In this document: one piece after another, positions 51,847 to 62,793 of the stretch | How positions within the stretch are numbered: position 1 is the stretch's first letter | How the letters are laid out: each line of letters starts with the position of its first letter | Source: Octopus sinensis | Lineage: Eukaryota | Reading direction: 5' to 3' | Assembly: GCF_006345805.1 (NCBI RefSeq) | Contig: NC_042999.1 | Span: 166,470,001 to 166,534,000 of the forward strand | Length of the DNA stretch: 64,000 bases | Notes under the pieces: generated by a model | Seen by the model: the letters and a program-made list of their open reading frames with translations, nothing else | Database searches by the model: none | What the model was told of the DNA's origin: nothing | Program-made: the position numbers and the translations under genes

Positions 51847-52242
51847 TCTTTATATAAGAGTGAAGTTGTGTGTCTGTCTCCTACGATTTAGATTCGTAAC
51901 TACTCCCACATTTTGCGGTGCAGTTTAACCAAAAGCGGGTATCTTATAGTCGTGATTCATATCGAGCCCTTCTGGGTATTAGCGCGCGTCTACGATGAGT
52001 CTATGATTTAAAAAAAATTTACCATCATATTTTTCCATTTTAATGCATTTTTTTCGCTTTTATATAAGGGAAGTAACTCTCTAAAAATATCTACGATGTG
52101 TCAACGATTAAAAAAAAAAATTACCTTAATTTTTTTTCAATTTTTAATGCATTTTTTTTGCTATTTTTTGGCTATAACTCTCTAAAAATGCTTATATAGT
52201 TATTTCCCTTACAACCCGAGCAACGCCAGGCGATACTGCTAG
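51847..52242 (+). mobile_element. Non-autonomous Helitron, copy 3 (variant internal cassette)
   Basis: A|TC...CTAG|T; internal ~95 bp differs from the other copies. Confidence 0.85.
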
Positions 52243-52253
52243 TATACATATAC

Positions 52254-52647
52254 AGGCGCTGGAGTGGCTGTGTGGTAAGTAGCTTGCTAACCAACCACAT
52301 GGTTCCGGGTTCAGTCCCACTGCGTGGCATCTTGGGCAAGTGTCTTCTGCTATAGCCCCAGGCCGACCAATGCCTTGGGAGTGGATTTGGTAGACGGAAA
52401 CTGAAAGAAGCCTGTCGTATATATGTATATATATGTATGTGTGTTTGTGTGTCTGTGTTTGTCCCCCTAGCATTGCTTGACAACCGATGCTAGTTTGTTT
52501 ACGTCCCCAATACTTAGCGGTTCAGCAAAAGAGACCGATATAATAAGTACTGGGCTTACAAAGAATAAGTCCCGCGGTCGATTTGCTCGACTAAAGGCGG
52601 TGCTCCAGCATGGCCGCAGTCAAATGACTGAAACAAGTAAAAGAGTA
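52254..52647 (+). mobile_element. SINE family A, full length
   Basis: Complete copy. Confidence 0.92.
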
Positions 52648-52827
52648 CACATATCATATTTTTGGTATCATAATTAGGTTTTGTTATTGGGCAACCCAAA
52701 ATGACAACTCAACTGATGAAAATTAAGCGATTCCTTTAATTTTTGCCATTACATCACATGGATTTAGATGCTTCATTCTTGATTTGTTTAAACAAATTCT
52801 TTAGGGAAGGATCTTAAAGTAGTTTAA

Positions 52828-53049
52828 CCCTTTCGTTACCGTATTCATTTTGAGATGCTCTGAGTTTCTTTCAATTAATTGTAAATATAACCAAGAATTT
52901 AGTAAAATAACTTAGTTATCATTAAGCTACTGTTAGGACCATAAATTGTGACTAAGGTTTGGTGTAATATTTTAATGAAAAACTTATGAAAACAAGACAT
53001 TTATACTACAGAGCCAGAGCCGGTTTTGGCCGGGTTAGTATCAAAAGGG
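52828..53049. mobile_element. piggyBac-type MITE (TTAA family 1)
   Basis: TTAA|CCCTTTCG...CAAAAGGG|TTAA. Confidence 0.85.
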
Positions 53050-53079
53050 TTAAGAGACGTACAAAAACAGTCAACTCAC

Positions 53080-53208
53080 CAATAAAGCACCATAAACTTT
53101 ATATGCATCAGTCCTGACTAATGTACTACTTAAAGTAGTGTCCTCCATAAAGCTGTTGAGGTGAGGCATATAAACTTTAAGCTGTGGTAAAAGAACTTCT
53201 TCAATGGC
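53080..53208 (-). CDS. TAF6L: TAF6L exon (AIEEVLLPQLKVYMPHLNSFMEDTTLSSTLVRTDAYKVYGALL)
   Basis: Strong polypyrimidine-TAG acceptor, GTGAGT donor, 129 nt, phase 0-0; resembles vertebrate AVERVLYPHL..ADGHKVYGAIL. Confidence 0.93.
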
Positions 53209-53667
53209 CTATGGGGGAAAAAAAAAAAAACAACGGTCAATTTGTGTAATCGAAAGACATCAACATCACACTTAAGCTATGAATAAACAGTTTAGTATGA
53301 TAAAAATATATTATGACTAACAATTTCTTTATTTTCAATTCTTCTCAATACATTTAAACACAGAAATACAAAATAGTTTCATAAATGATCAGTGGAATTG
53401 TTCCCAACTACTTTTAAAGGTATATTTAAAGGATGGAGGATATAGTCTAGGAAAATATTAACTAAAATATCACTTGGACTCTTGATTTAAATATTCCAAA
53501 AGATGCTTCTTTTGGAGAAAGATAACAAACCATTTATTGAAAAGAAAGAAATAATTACCTAGTGAGGAATCAATACATACACACATACATACATACGTGT
53601 GTGTGTGTGTTTTTTTTTTAGAAGTACACCAAGGAAAGATGAAAGGCTAAATCAGCTTAGCAGGAAC

Positions 53668-54690
53668 TCATCATCATCGTTTAGTGTCCGCTTTCCATGC
53701 TGGCATGGGTTGGACAGTGCAACTGGGGTCTGGGAAGCCAGAAGGCTGCACCAGGCCCAGTCTGATCTGGAAATATTTCTACGGCTGGATGCCCTTCCTA
53801 ATGCCAACCACTCCATGAGTGTAGTGGGTGGTGCTTTTTACGTGCCAGACGAGGCCACGGTCGAATGGTGCTTTTTACGTGCCACCGGCACGGAGGCCAG
53901 GCGAGGTTGCCAACGGCCACGATCGGATGGTGCCTTTAATGTGCCACCAGCACGGGAGCCAGTTGGGGCGGCACTGGCAACGGCACGGTCGGATGGTTCT
54001 CTTATGTGCCACCGGCACTGGTATCACAGCTACAATTTCCATTCATGTTGATCGAATTTGATTTTTGATTTTCACTTGCCTCAACAGGTCTTCACAAATA
54101 GAGTTTTGTGTCCCAAGAAGGAAAGGTATGCATAAGTGGACTGAGGCCATGGGTGATGGTCTCACTTGTCTTGCCGGGTCTTCTCACGCACAGCATACTT
54201 CCAAAGGTCTCAGTCTCTAGTCATTTCCTCGGTGAGACCTAAAGTTCGAAGGTCGTGCTTCACCACCTTGTCCCAGGTTTTCCTGGGTCTGCCTCTTCCA
54301 CAGGTTCCCTCAACAGCTAGGGTGTGGCACTTTTTCACACAACTATCTTCATCCATTCTCGCCACATGGCCATACCAGCGCAAACGTCTCTCTTGCACAC
54401 CGCAACTGATGCTTCTTAGGTCCAACTTCTCTCTCAAGGTACTTACACTCTGTCGGGTATGAACGCTGACATTACACATCCATCGGAGCATACTGGCTTC
54501 ATTTCTTGCGAGCTTACGCATATCCTCAGCAGTCACGGCCCATGTTTCACTGCCATGTAGCATGGCTGTTCGTACACATGCATCATACAGTCTGCCTTTT
54601 ACTCTGTGCGAGAGGCCTTTTGTCCCTAGCAGAGGTAAGAGCTCTCTGAACTTTGCTCAAGCTATTCTTACTCTAGCAGTTACACTTTCA
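53668..54690 (-). mobile_element. 5'-truncated young RTE LINE copy
   Basis: ORF MLHGSETWAVTAED..RGRPRKTWDKVV, 3' UTR and (GAT)n; very similar to 21000-21978. Confidence 0.93.
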
Positions 54691-54707
54691 ATACTTATAT
54701 ATATATA

Positions 54708-55072
54708 CTAGCAGTATCGCCCGGCTTTGCTCGGGTTTGTAAGGGAAATAACTATATAAGCATTTTTAGAGATGTAAAGTATAATAGCCATCTCAATATG
54801 GCTAACCACAAGGGGGGGGGGGTTACTGTAGCTTTTTACGTTCTGAGATTTAATAATAAATTTTTAGAGAGTTACTTCCCTTATATATGCCAAAAATGCA
54901 TTAAAAATGGGAAAAATTGATGGTAAATTTTTTTTTAAATCGTAGACTCATCGTAGACGTGCGCTAATACCCAGAAGGGCTCGATATGAATCACGACTAT
55001 AAATGTGGGAGTAATTAGGAATCTAAATTGTAGGAGACAGACAGCACACAACCTCACTTTTATATATAAAGA
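54708..55072 (-). mobile_element. Non-autonomous Helitron, copy 4 (~30-bp internal deletion)
   Basis: Same termini as the other copies. Confidence 0.85.
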
Positions 55073-55093
55073 TATATATAGTCAAATACTTAC

Positions 55094-55226
55094 TTTTGTT
55101 CCCAGTGCTAACAATCCCATGACAGCACCATAATGTGAACAAAATGGTTTAGTCAAATCACATACTACTTCCTTCAGGCTCTTCAACGTATTATGCATCA
55201 ACATATTATTACTTGCATTCCACTTT
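55094..55226 (-). CDS. TAF6L: TAF6L exon (KWNASNNMLMHNTLKSLKEVVCDLTKPFCSHYGAVMGLLALGTK)
   Basis: TTCTAG acceptor, GTAAGT donor, 133 nt, phase 2-0; P-x-C-x-HYGAV-x-GL-x-ALG motif of TAF6/TAF6L. Confidence 0.95.
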
Positions 55227-55555
55227 CTAGAAAATATTAGAGTAAAAAGAAAGCAAGAAAAAAGAAAACGTTTTTAGTGCTTCATTTAAGTATTGCTAGT
55301 AAAACAGATCTGTGAAAAATAAGATTTTTACATTTCTTTAGAAAAGATCAGAATAGAAAGAGAGCAAGAAATATAATTAATTATAATATAGAACTGTATT
55401 ATATAATTAATTATCAAGAATTTCAAATCCTGCCACAGTTGATGTTGCCTGTGAGCCTTCCATTGTCAATAAAAAAAGGTACCAGTCCATTAGTAGTGTT
55501 GGTTTAAAACCCTTAAGCATTCAGATTACTTTGTTAAATATAATACTTATATACT

Positions 55556-56048
55556 ATATCACGTAAGGCTAGGGATGGGAGAAATGACCTCCCCTCGCAA
55601 ATACTAATCGGACACAGAATGTGTGTCGTTAGCCAGCTGGAAGACATGTCTTTCTGGGGCTATAAACGCCACACTCGCTTGACAATTATATGTTACGATT
55701 CCGTATTGCTACTGTTTACATCTCGTTCAGAGATTTAATATAACTTATATTACTCCTTTTCCGAGATCAGCGATGGTTCATCACTGGAAAAAGCATATAG
55801 TATTTTGCGAGTGGAGTGAGTTATCATCACTAGCTGGTGATTAACACACACTGAGGATGGGTATCCACCCAGGAACTTGAGTATGTGAGTATCGCATAAG
55901 GCTAAGGATGGGTGCAATGACCTCGCAAATACTAATCAGACACAGAATGTGTCGTTAGCCAACTGGAAGAGATGTCTTCCCGGGGCTATAAACGCCAGTA
56001 GCACTGTCCTGTATAGGACGCCACATTTGGTTGGCAATTATGTTATGA
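55556..56048 (+). mobile_element. Retrozyme-like element (family H4): 1.5 tandem copies of a 333-bp unit with a 15-bp TSD
   Basis: TAATACTTATATACT at 55541-55555 and 56049-56063; TAAGGCTA(G/A)GGATGGG at 55564 and 55897; hammerhead at the unit junction. Confidence 0.85.
55844..55890 (+). ncRNA. Minimal type I hammerhead ribozyme H4
   Basis: Stem I AC(A)CACA/UGUG(A)GU; core CUGAGGA 55851-55857; stem II UGGGU-AUCC-ACCCA; G-G-A (A13 mutated to G at 55873); stem III ACUUGAGU (palindrome ACUCGAGU with one CpG-type change); triplet GUA (cut after 55883). Confidence 0.8.
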
Positions 56049-57016
56049 TAATACTTATATACTCACATTTAATAAAAACTAATCCTGTATTATCTTGTAG
56101 CTATGACATTTTGAAGATGCAATTGATTATTTTTTGAATGGCTTTTGCAGGTTAAGTGAGAAGCTTGGTCTGGTCAGTTTAGGCATAAAACAGGTAGAAT
56201 ATTTGGGCCAGATATATCCAGTTTAATGAAAAATATCCATGCTCAAAATTTGTATCCTTGTGCATAGCTTAAAAACTATTATTATTGCAGAAAGGTGGCA
56301 AATGGTATAACACTGTATAACAAGATTTTTATCTATTTTTTTTTTTGTCTTTGGTCAGTAAGTGTTATTTCCTATTCACTTCTATTTAGAAATCAAAGGA
56401 AATGACTACCGTTCCCTTCAAACATTGTTTTTATGACCTGTACATTCATGTTTTGAAACTGACCTATTTTCCATTACATCTCAGATAGATTCAGTGCTGA
56501 GTTGCTGAAGCAGAAATATTGTTATAGCAAATATTCTGCTCAATACCACGGATTTGCTTGTCAGTTGCTTGACTGTAATCACTTGAGCATTTCTCTTAGT
56601 GGCTGACAATATGTGCATCTCTGATCACGAGCAGAAGTAGTGCGGGAGCATCATAGTCATGGAGTTTGGATAAATGTAACAAAAGCAAAGTTTAAAGGAA
56701 AATTAACCATTTTTCATACTTTCTAGAAGTAAGCAAATAGGAAATAACAGTTGCTACCCAAGGACTAAAATCATGTTAGTGTAATTAGTAGATCAACTGA
56801 AAAAATACCTAGCAAAATTTAGCTTTAGATTCTCAGTTCTATTTGTTGAAATCAGCTTTGCTTTTCATTCCTCTAGAGCCAACAAAATAAATACCAATTA
56901 GGTACAGTTTAATCAACTGATCCCATCCAGAAAATGTATGGCCTTGTAACTATTTTAGGAATTTTTATTATGCAAAGTTTATGAAATTTCACTTCCAAAG
57001 TAAAAAGCTAACTTAC

Positions 57017-57141
57017 TTCACAATGAATCCAAGAAGACGTGCTGCATAATCTCTCAGGACCCAGTGGTCATTTAAAGGATTGATAGAAGCTGCTAAAGGT
57101 TCAAGGCCACAATACATCACACTTTGTACTAAAAGGCCAAG
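57017..57141 (-). CDS. TAF6L: TAF6L exon (LGLLVQSVMYCGLEPLAASINPLNDHWVLRDYAARLLGFIV)
   Basis: TTTCAG acceptor, GTAAGT donor, 125 nt, phase 0-2; LEPLAASINPLNDHW is diagnostic of TAF6L. Confidence 0.97.
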
Positions 57142-57284
57142 CTGAAATGAAGAGAATTTAGTTTTTCAATAATAATGGAAATCGTTTAAGTCAGAAGTAA
57201 AGAATTTTCTGGAAACAAAAAAAAAAAAATCAAAGATTGTAAACACTTTTACAAGATTTCAACATCATAAAAGAGTATACTTAC

Positions 57285-57386
57285 ATAAGGCTCGGGTTCC
57301 AGATATAGGTTGGAATTGTTTGTTAAGGCCTTTACGGTGTGCAATAGCCGCGTTAGTTGAGATATATCATGACTGACAGTTTTTAC
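57285..57386 (-). CDS. TAF6L: TAF6L exon (VKTVSHDISQLTRLLHTVKALTNNSNLYLEPEPY)
   Basis: TTCTAG acceptor, GTAAGT donor, 102 nt, phase 0-0; resembles vertebrate VKSVSHDLEQLHRLL. Confidence 0.95.
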
Positions 57387-57520
57387 CTAGAAATACATGA
57401 AATGACATATTTGGAAGTTTTCTTCAGTTTTTTCTTCCTATCAGAAGAAACTGAACAAAGGGACATTAATTTATTCCAGAGGATTGAAAAGATTAGCTAA
57501 GTCTTATTTTACACTGGCAT

Positions 57521-57582
57521 GGCGGTGCCCCAGCATGGCCACAGCTCATGAGCTGAAACTAGAATCAATCAATCAATCAATC
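57521..57582 (+). mobile_element. Extreme 3' tail of the CR1-clade LINE with an (ATCA)n end
   Basis: GGCGGTGCCCCAGCATGGCCACAGCTCATGAGCTGAAACTAGA matches 35119-35161. Confidence 0.8.
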
Positions 57583-57901
57583 ATAGGGGGTGAAATAAAC
57601 CCTTATAACTAGTCATAAATCTTATTTTTACATATGTAACAATGAACATTTCTTTACAATCTAAATACGACACCACACATTTATTCATAGTTTATTTTGT
57701 TTTTTTGCTTTGTTTAATTTTTTCACATGTTAAATATCTATTTCATTAACATAATGTTATAATAAAAACCACAATTTTTGTTAAATAGAGCAAACCATGG
57801 TTTGAAACATTAATTTATTTCGCCATTTTTCAAGCTAAGAACAAAATCATTTGTCAGTTGCTTTTTTGAGCAGATGACATTTAAACAAGGTACGACGTTA
57901 A

Positions 57902-58099
57902 CCCTTTTGATACTAACCTGGCTCTGTGGTAAAATGTCTTGTTTTCATAAGTTTTGAATTAAAATATTCCACCAAGCCTTAGTCACAATTTACGTTCCTA
58001 ACACTAGATTAATGATAACTAAGCTATTTTACTAAATTCTTTGTTATATTTAAAATAATTGAAAGAAAGCATCTCAAAATAAATACAGTAACGAAAGGG
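57902..58099. mobile_element. piggyBac-type MITE (TTAA family 1, reverse orientation)
   Basis: TTAA|CCCTTTTGATAC...GTAACGAAAGGG|TTAA. Confidence 0.85.
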
Positions 58100-58701
58100 T
58101 TAAAGAAGACAAAATGAAAAGCACAAGGGAGATAACCGAAGTTACATTAAGATATAATATTTCTGAGGATGTTAATGGTTTTTCCATTTAATGTTGTAGT
58201 TGGTCCTTTTGTCGCTAAGCCTCCAGATTAAAACCGAAAGGTTGAAAGTTTTCTATCACAGTGCCTAAAGTATTTTAAAGTGTTCAAGAATTTTAACATT
58301 CCAAATGATTGTTTTTTTTTGTCTTGTGTGAAATAAAACAAAGTCGCACATTCCCATCTAATCCACGTCAACATGGAAAACCGGAGATAAAAATGACGAT
58401 GACGATGATGTTGATAGATGATGAGATCTACACTGCAAAAAAAAATACCCATTAACATTAATGACTGTAATATGTATGAAGTGAATCTCAAATTTCTAGA
58501 ACTTTCACCACATAGAGTAGTTTGTCTCATTCATTCCTTAAATATGTCTATTTTGCCATCCTAGTAATGAATTAGACTGTAGATTAATCACTATAATGTC
58601 ACTGATAATTAAGTAAAAGGATTGTGTTCATAGACAATAATGACGTATTTCCATATACTTATTATATTAAACAGAATGTTTGTTACATGTGTACAAAGTG
58701 T

Positions 58702-58850
58702 CATCATCATTTAACGTCCTTACTCATGCTGACATAGGCTGGACGGCCTGACAGGATCTTAAGGGTCCAAAAACTACTCCACCTTCTACATCGGCATGGT
58801 TTCTACAGTTGGATGCCCTTCCTAATGCCAACCACTTTACAGCGTGTACT
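58702..58850 (-). mobile_element. Old RTE-type 3' tail fragment
   Basis: (CAT)n plus GGATGCCCTTCCTAATGCCAACCAC. Confidence 0.65.
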
Positions 58851-59799
58851 ATGTTAAAAAACATTTCTGTATGATACAGCTTTACAATATGGAAGATAAA
58901 GAGAATGTTCTAGTTAAATCTGTTCTGTTACACGCGTCCAATATCATTATAATAGATAATTAAACAAATGATTAGAAAGATGGTTGTATGCCAATATTAA
59001 AGCCCAGGGCAATTTACCTTATTCAAAAAAATCTATTTCCAGCCTACGTTATGTAAGGACAACTAGGAGATGAAAGAACATCTCAAGAAACAAAGTTACA
59101 AGGTTCTAGAAAGAATTTCAGTTGGCTCAAATCACCAACATTTTAAAATGTTGGCTAAAACTTTCTCAAACCTTCAAAATATAATTTGGCTAGAAGCTTC
59201 CATATCTTTTCTGTAATGCTTGCTATCAGTGACTGTTACGAGCCAGCCAATACTGACTGGATGGTAAACGTTTATTTGGATATTCCGTTCTCTCAAGCTT
59301 TTTATACAGTGATATGATTACACTGTGGTTTTAAACTGGAAGCCCAAATAAGGTAATTCAAGTCAAAGCAGGGACCTTCTATATGGCACATCTTTGAAGG
59401 CACAAAACTATCGGATAACCCACTGATTGGGAGTCAACTAATTTAATTGATCTCTTTACCCTAAATTGCAAATCCATGTCCTTCAGTTATTTTTCTTCTT
59501 ATCCTTATAATTCTCCAATGTTTAAACATCTGACTAGTTATGAGGACTTATTTTTTCTAATTACTATGAACAAAACTGTTTTTTAAAGGTTAGTATTTAT
59601 CCATAAATTCTGAGTAACTACTAATTTATCAACCCTTCAAGCAATATACTATTCACCATAGAATATCTAACTAATATTTTCAAGGAAGTCTCCATTCTAA
59701 TATATATTAAAAAAAGAAAATAATTGCTTTACAAGTGAACAATAATTGAAATACTCAAAAATTTTTTTTTAAAAGTAAAATAAATCAAAATATACAAAC

Positions 59800-59876
59800 C
59801 CCATTTGATACAAATTTACAAAATATGGTAACAAAGGGACTATTTTTGAGTTTGTTTTCAAATCTGACAAGGCAAA
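59800..59876 (-). CDS. TAF6L: TAF6L exon (FALSDLKTNSKIVPLLPYFVN...), 77 nt, 1 nt short of frame
   Basis: Polypyrimidine-CAG acceptor; resembles vertebrate VALQDLQTNSKIGALLPYFV. One extra T in the T3 run (plus-strand A at 59812-59814) would give FVNFVSNG|GT. Confidence 0.88.
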
Positions 59877-60148
59877 CTGGAAAAAAAAAAGAAAAAAGAA
59901 TAATTTTTTTTTTTTTTAAATGTAACAAGGAAACTTATTTCAAACAATAAATAAGCTTTGAATGAAAATATATATAAACTCACACACACATTTACTTATT
60001 GAAAAGGAAGTGAAACTGAAACTTCATTAAAAAAGTCAAAAAGACAATCTAGAAATAAAAACAACTCACAGGTAGAGACAGATAGTATGGTTTCAAAATA
60101 GACCATATTTCTTAAAATTCATAAAATATTTTATAGCAGGTTAGTTAC

Positions 60149-60258
60149 CTTCATGGCTTCTTCATCTGCCCCAAGGATAGCTTTTACCATGAAATCGTAG
60201 TATTGTAGCATATTCTCAGATAATTCTTTTTTCTCCTTTTTTACGATCACAGGTTTGC
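60149..60258 (-). CDS. TAF6L: TAF6L exon ((G)KPVIVKKEKKELSENMLQYYDFMVKAILGADEEAMK)
   Basis: AAG acceptor, AAG|GTAACT donor, 110 nt, phase 1-0; resembles vertebrate LTDDLLKYYHQVTRAVLGDDPQLMK. Confidence 0.9.
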
Positions 60259-60829
60259 CTTTAAAGAAATTTTTAAAAAATAATAATTTGACACAGCTGG
60301 TGTGTTGTGAACTAAGCTTAGACATATTATTTGTCTGAGCTGACCAATGTTGAAAGAATACTCATGGCAGGAGTGTAAAATGGAAAAAATATACAACAAA
60401 AATTTAATTCTTTATTGGTTTCAGACACCTGATTGTGGGTGGCCATGGCAGGGCATCACTTCCTCTGTTTTTTCACTTTTCTTTACACACTCCATAGTCT
60501 ATAAAGGGATGCTGTTAAATATGTCAACAACACCGAGAGAAATGACTAAAACTAGGTGAACTGTTACCACCTACATTTAACTTTCAATAACTGTCAATAT
60601 TATTACCAACTGATACAAACCAATTCTGGAAAATTGAAAGGTATAACTGGTTACAACTAAGCTCAAGAGAAAACGGTTACATACTGAAGCCACACACCAT
60701 GGCAAGAAAAGCAATTTGGGAACTCGCAGAATTTGATTTTGAGTTTCTATATACATAGGTGCAGGCGTGGCTATGTGGTAAGAAGCTTGCTTCCACACAT
60801 GCGTGTTGACTTTGACATTGAACAGTGAG

Positions 60830-62495
60830 GACGTGAGCTTTGAGCTGCGTCCTAAAAAGAAGAAAATTAAGACCAAAGGAAGTCCGTCAAAGTAAGTGAT
60901 TTTGTTTGTTTTGAGCTGGGCATAATTTATTGTGTGTGAATTATTTTTTTCAGTAAATTGTGCCCAGCTCTGGGACAATTTCACCTGCTCTCGGCAGCTA
61001 TTGTGTTATTTTTGCTTGTGTAGCAAAAAAGAAAAAAAAAAATGAAGTGTTGGGGGCGTATCCACCCAAAGACTTGAAATTTTGTTCCAGTTGCTGTTGC
61101 TGTCAGCTGTGGCCCATATTCGTGGTTTTTTACCATTTAAAAGTTCCTGTCGCGAAGTTCCAGTTGGCCAGGATTGTCGTTTTTGCTGTGTAGAACTGTT
61201 TTTTTTCTATTTTTTCTGAACTGTGCTTCTTTTATTTTATTTTTTGCTTCAACTGTTTTTTTGTTTTTGAACTTTTTTTAGACTGTTTTTGTTTTTCTTT
61301 GAACTTTTGTGAACTTTTTACACATGGCAAAATAGAATGAAGCCACTGCCTTGGAGTGGGAGGTTGTCCCGCCCAAGAAGTGCTTAAAAGACTTTAATAA
61401 TAGAACGGTGGTGCTGAGGACCTATTCTAGGTGACTCGGTGCCATCGTTCAATTTAATAGAGAAACTATACGAAAAGAGTTGGCAGAATATCTGCCAATG
61501 GTAAAATTCATTGCTTGGGGGACCAAATTTGCAACTGTCTGGTTGCTGTTTGGTATCCCCGAGAAGGTGGTACATTTGCCAGCAAGCCCCTTGAGGGGAA
61601 CAAGATTTTGTTCCTCCCCACTTATTGTGGGAGGAAGATAGGAAGAGCCTGGGTGTGCGGGCTGCTCCTGGGCACGGAGGCAGGATGGATCAAAGATACC
61701 ATCCGGCGAGGCTTGGGGGATAGCGGGCCCAGTCTATTGAGTGTGGATATTGCTCCTGCAGTCAACTGGGAGGGGTCAAAGGCAACCTTGACCCTGTGGA
61801 CCCCGGTGGCTGTGGGAGATATGATATTCCCAGACTTCCTAAAAATGGCCGGGTACAGGTACCCGGTGATACTTGAGGGACGCCCCCCCCCCAAGTATCA
61901 CCTGTGCCTGGAACCTGACCATATCAGGAAGAACTGCCCCAAGGGCCGTGGTAAGGCCCTGGAGCATAAAAAAGAAAAAGTGCTTGCCGGCCTCTCATTG
62001 GAGGGCGAGACAGTGGAAGTCGTGGAGGAAGTTGCCTCCACGAAAAGAAAAAGAAAGGTGAGCAACAATGGTTGCTCACCAAAGAATGTACAGACAGCAG
62101 AGGAGGGTAGCGACCCCCTGCGTCTGCCAATGCAGCTCCCTGCTCCCGCGGCCTCAAAAAGAAAAAGGAAAAAGAGGCGCAGAGGACGGTCGGCGGATGT
62201 TTCTGGGCCGCCGACAGAACCGCAAGTGGGATGTGTGCCACCAGCGGATAAGGCTCCGTCAGTGGGAAGTGTTCCACTGACAGAGCAGTTTGAGGTCCCT
62301 TCCCGTGAGGAGGAGGAGTTTATCCTCCTTTACCACGAGGGAGGGACTGTGAGTGAATTTTTGGACGGCTTGGGCCACCGAGACCGTGCGTACTCGGTCT
62401 GCTCAAGTAGTCCAATATGGCCTCTGCAGGTGGCTGCGGAGGTAGTAACATATAAAATTTTGTCAAAGGTCAAAGTGATGTTCACAATTCCCCAC
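60830..62495 (+). mobile_element. Tx1/L1-like retroelement 5' region plus decayed ORF1 (CCHC knuckle), no ORF2
   Basis: GC-rich island. ATG at 61324 followed by broken frames; PVILEGRPPPK-YHLCLEPDHIRKNCP (first Cys replaced by Tyr) at 61896-61937, then a basic tail KRKRKKRRRGR. No APE/RT follows. Boundaries approximate. Confidence 0.6.
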
Positions 62496-62793
62496 CAACA
62501 ACAAAAATGCAGCAAATATAATGAAATGTGTCTACGATATCCTCACCGTGTTACAGACACTGCTATATTCATTAAACTAATGCAAGTTACACATTCTGAA
62601 ATGCTGAATCCCTGTTGGATACCTTGAATACTTATGAAACACGAAGTTCCTATCCGTTCTCTTGACAACATCAGCTGAAAGAAAGTAAATAATTTATGGC
62701 TGTAGTCTTGTCTCAACTCACAGCCACAGAGACATTATGATTACATGACTGGTCACTACACTTGATATCCACAAAACATAACAGCAGAATTAA

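Noticed and set aside
60347-60559. Short ORFs on either strand upstream of the 60258 exon
   Set aside because: No convincing splice-site pair or similarity to the TAF6L N-terminus.
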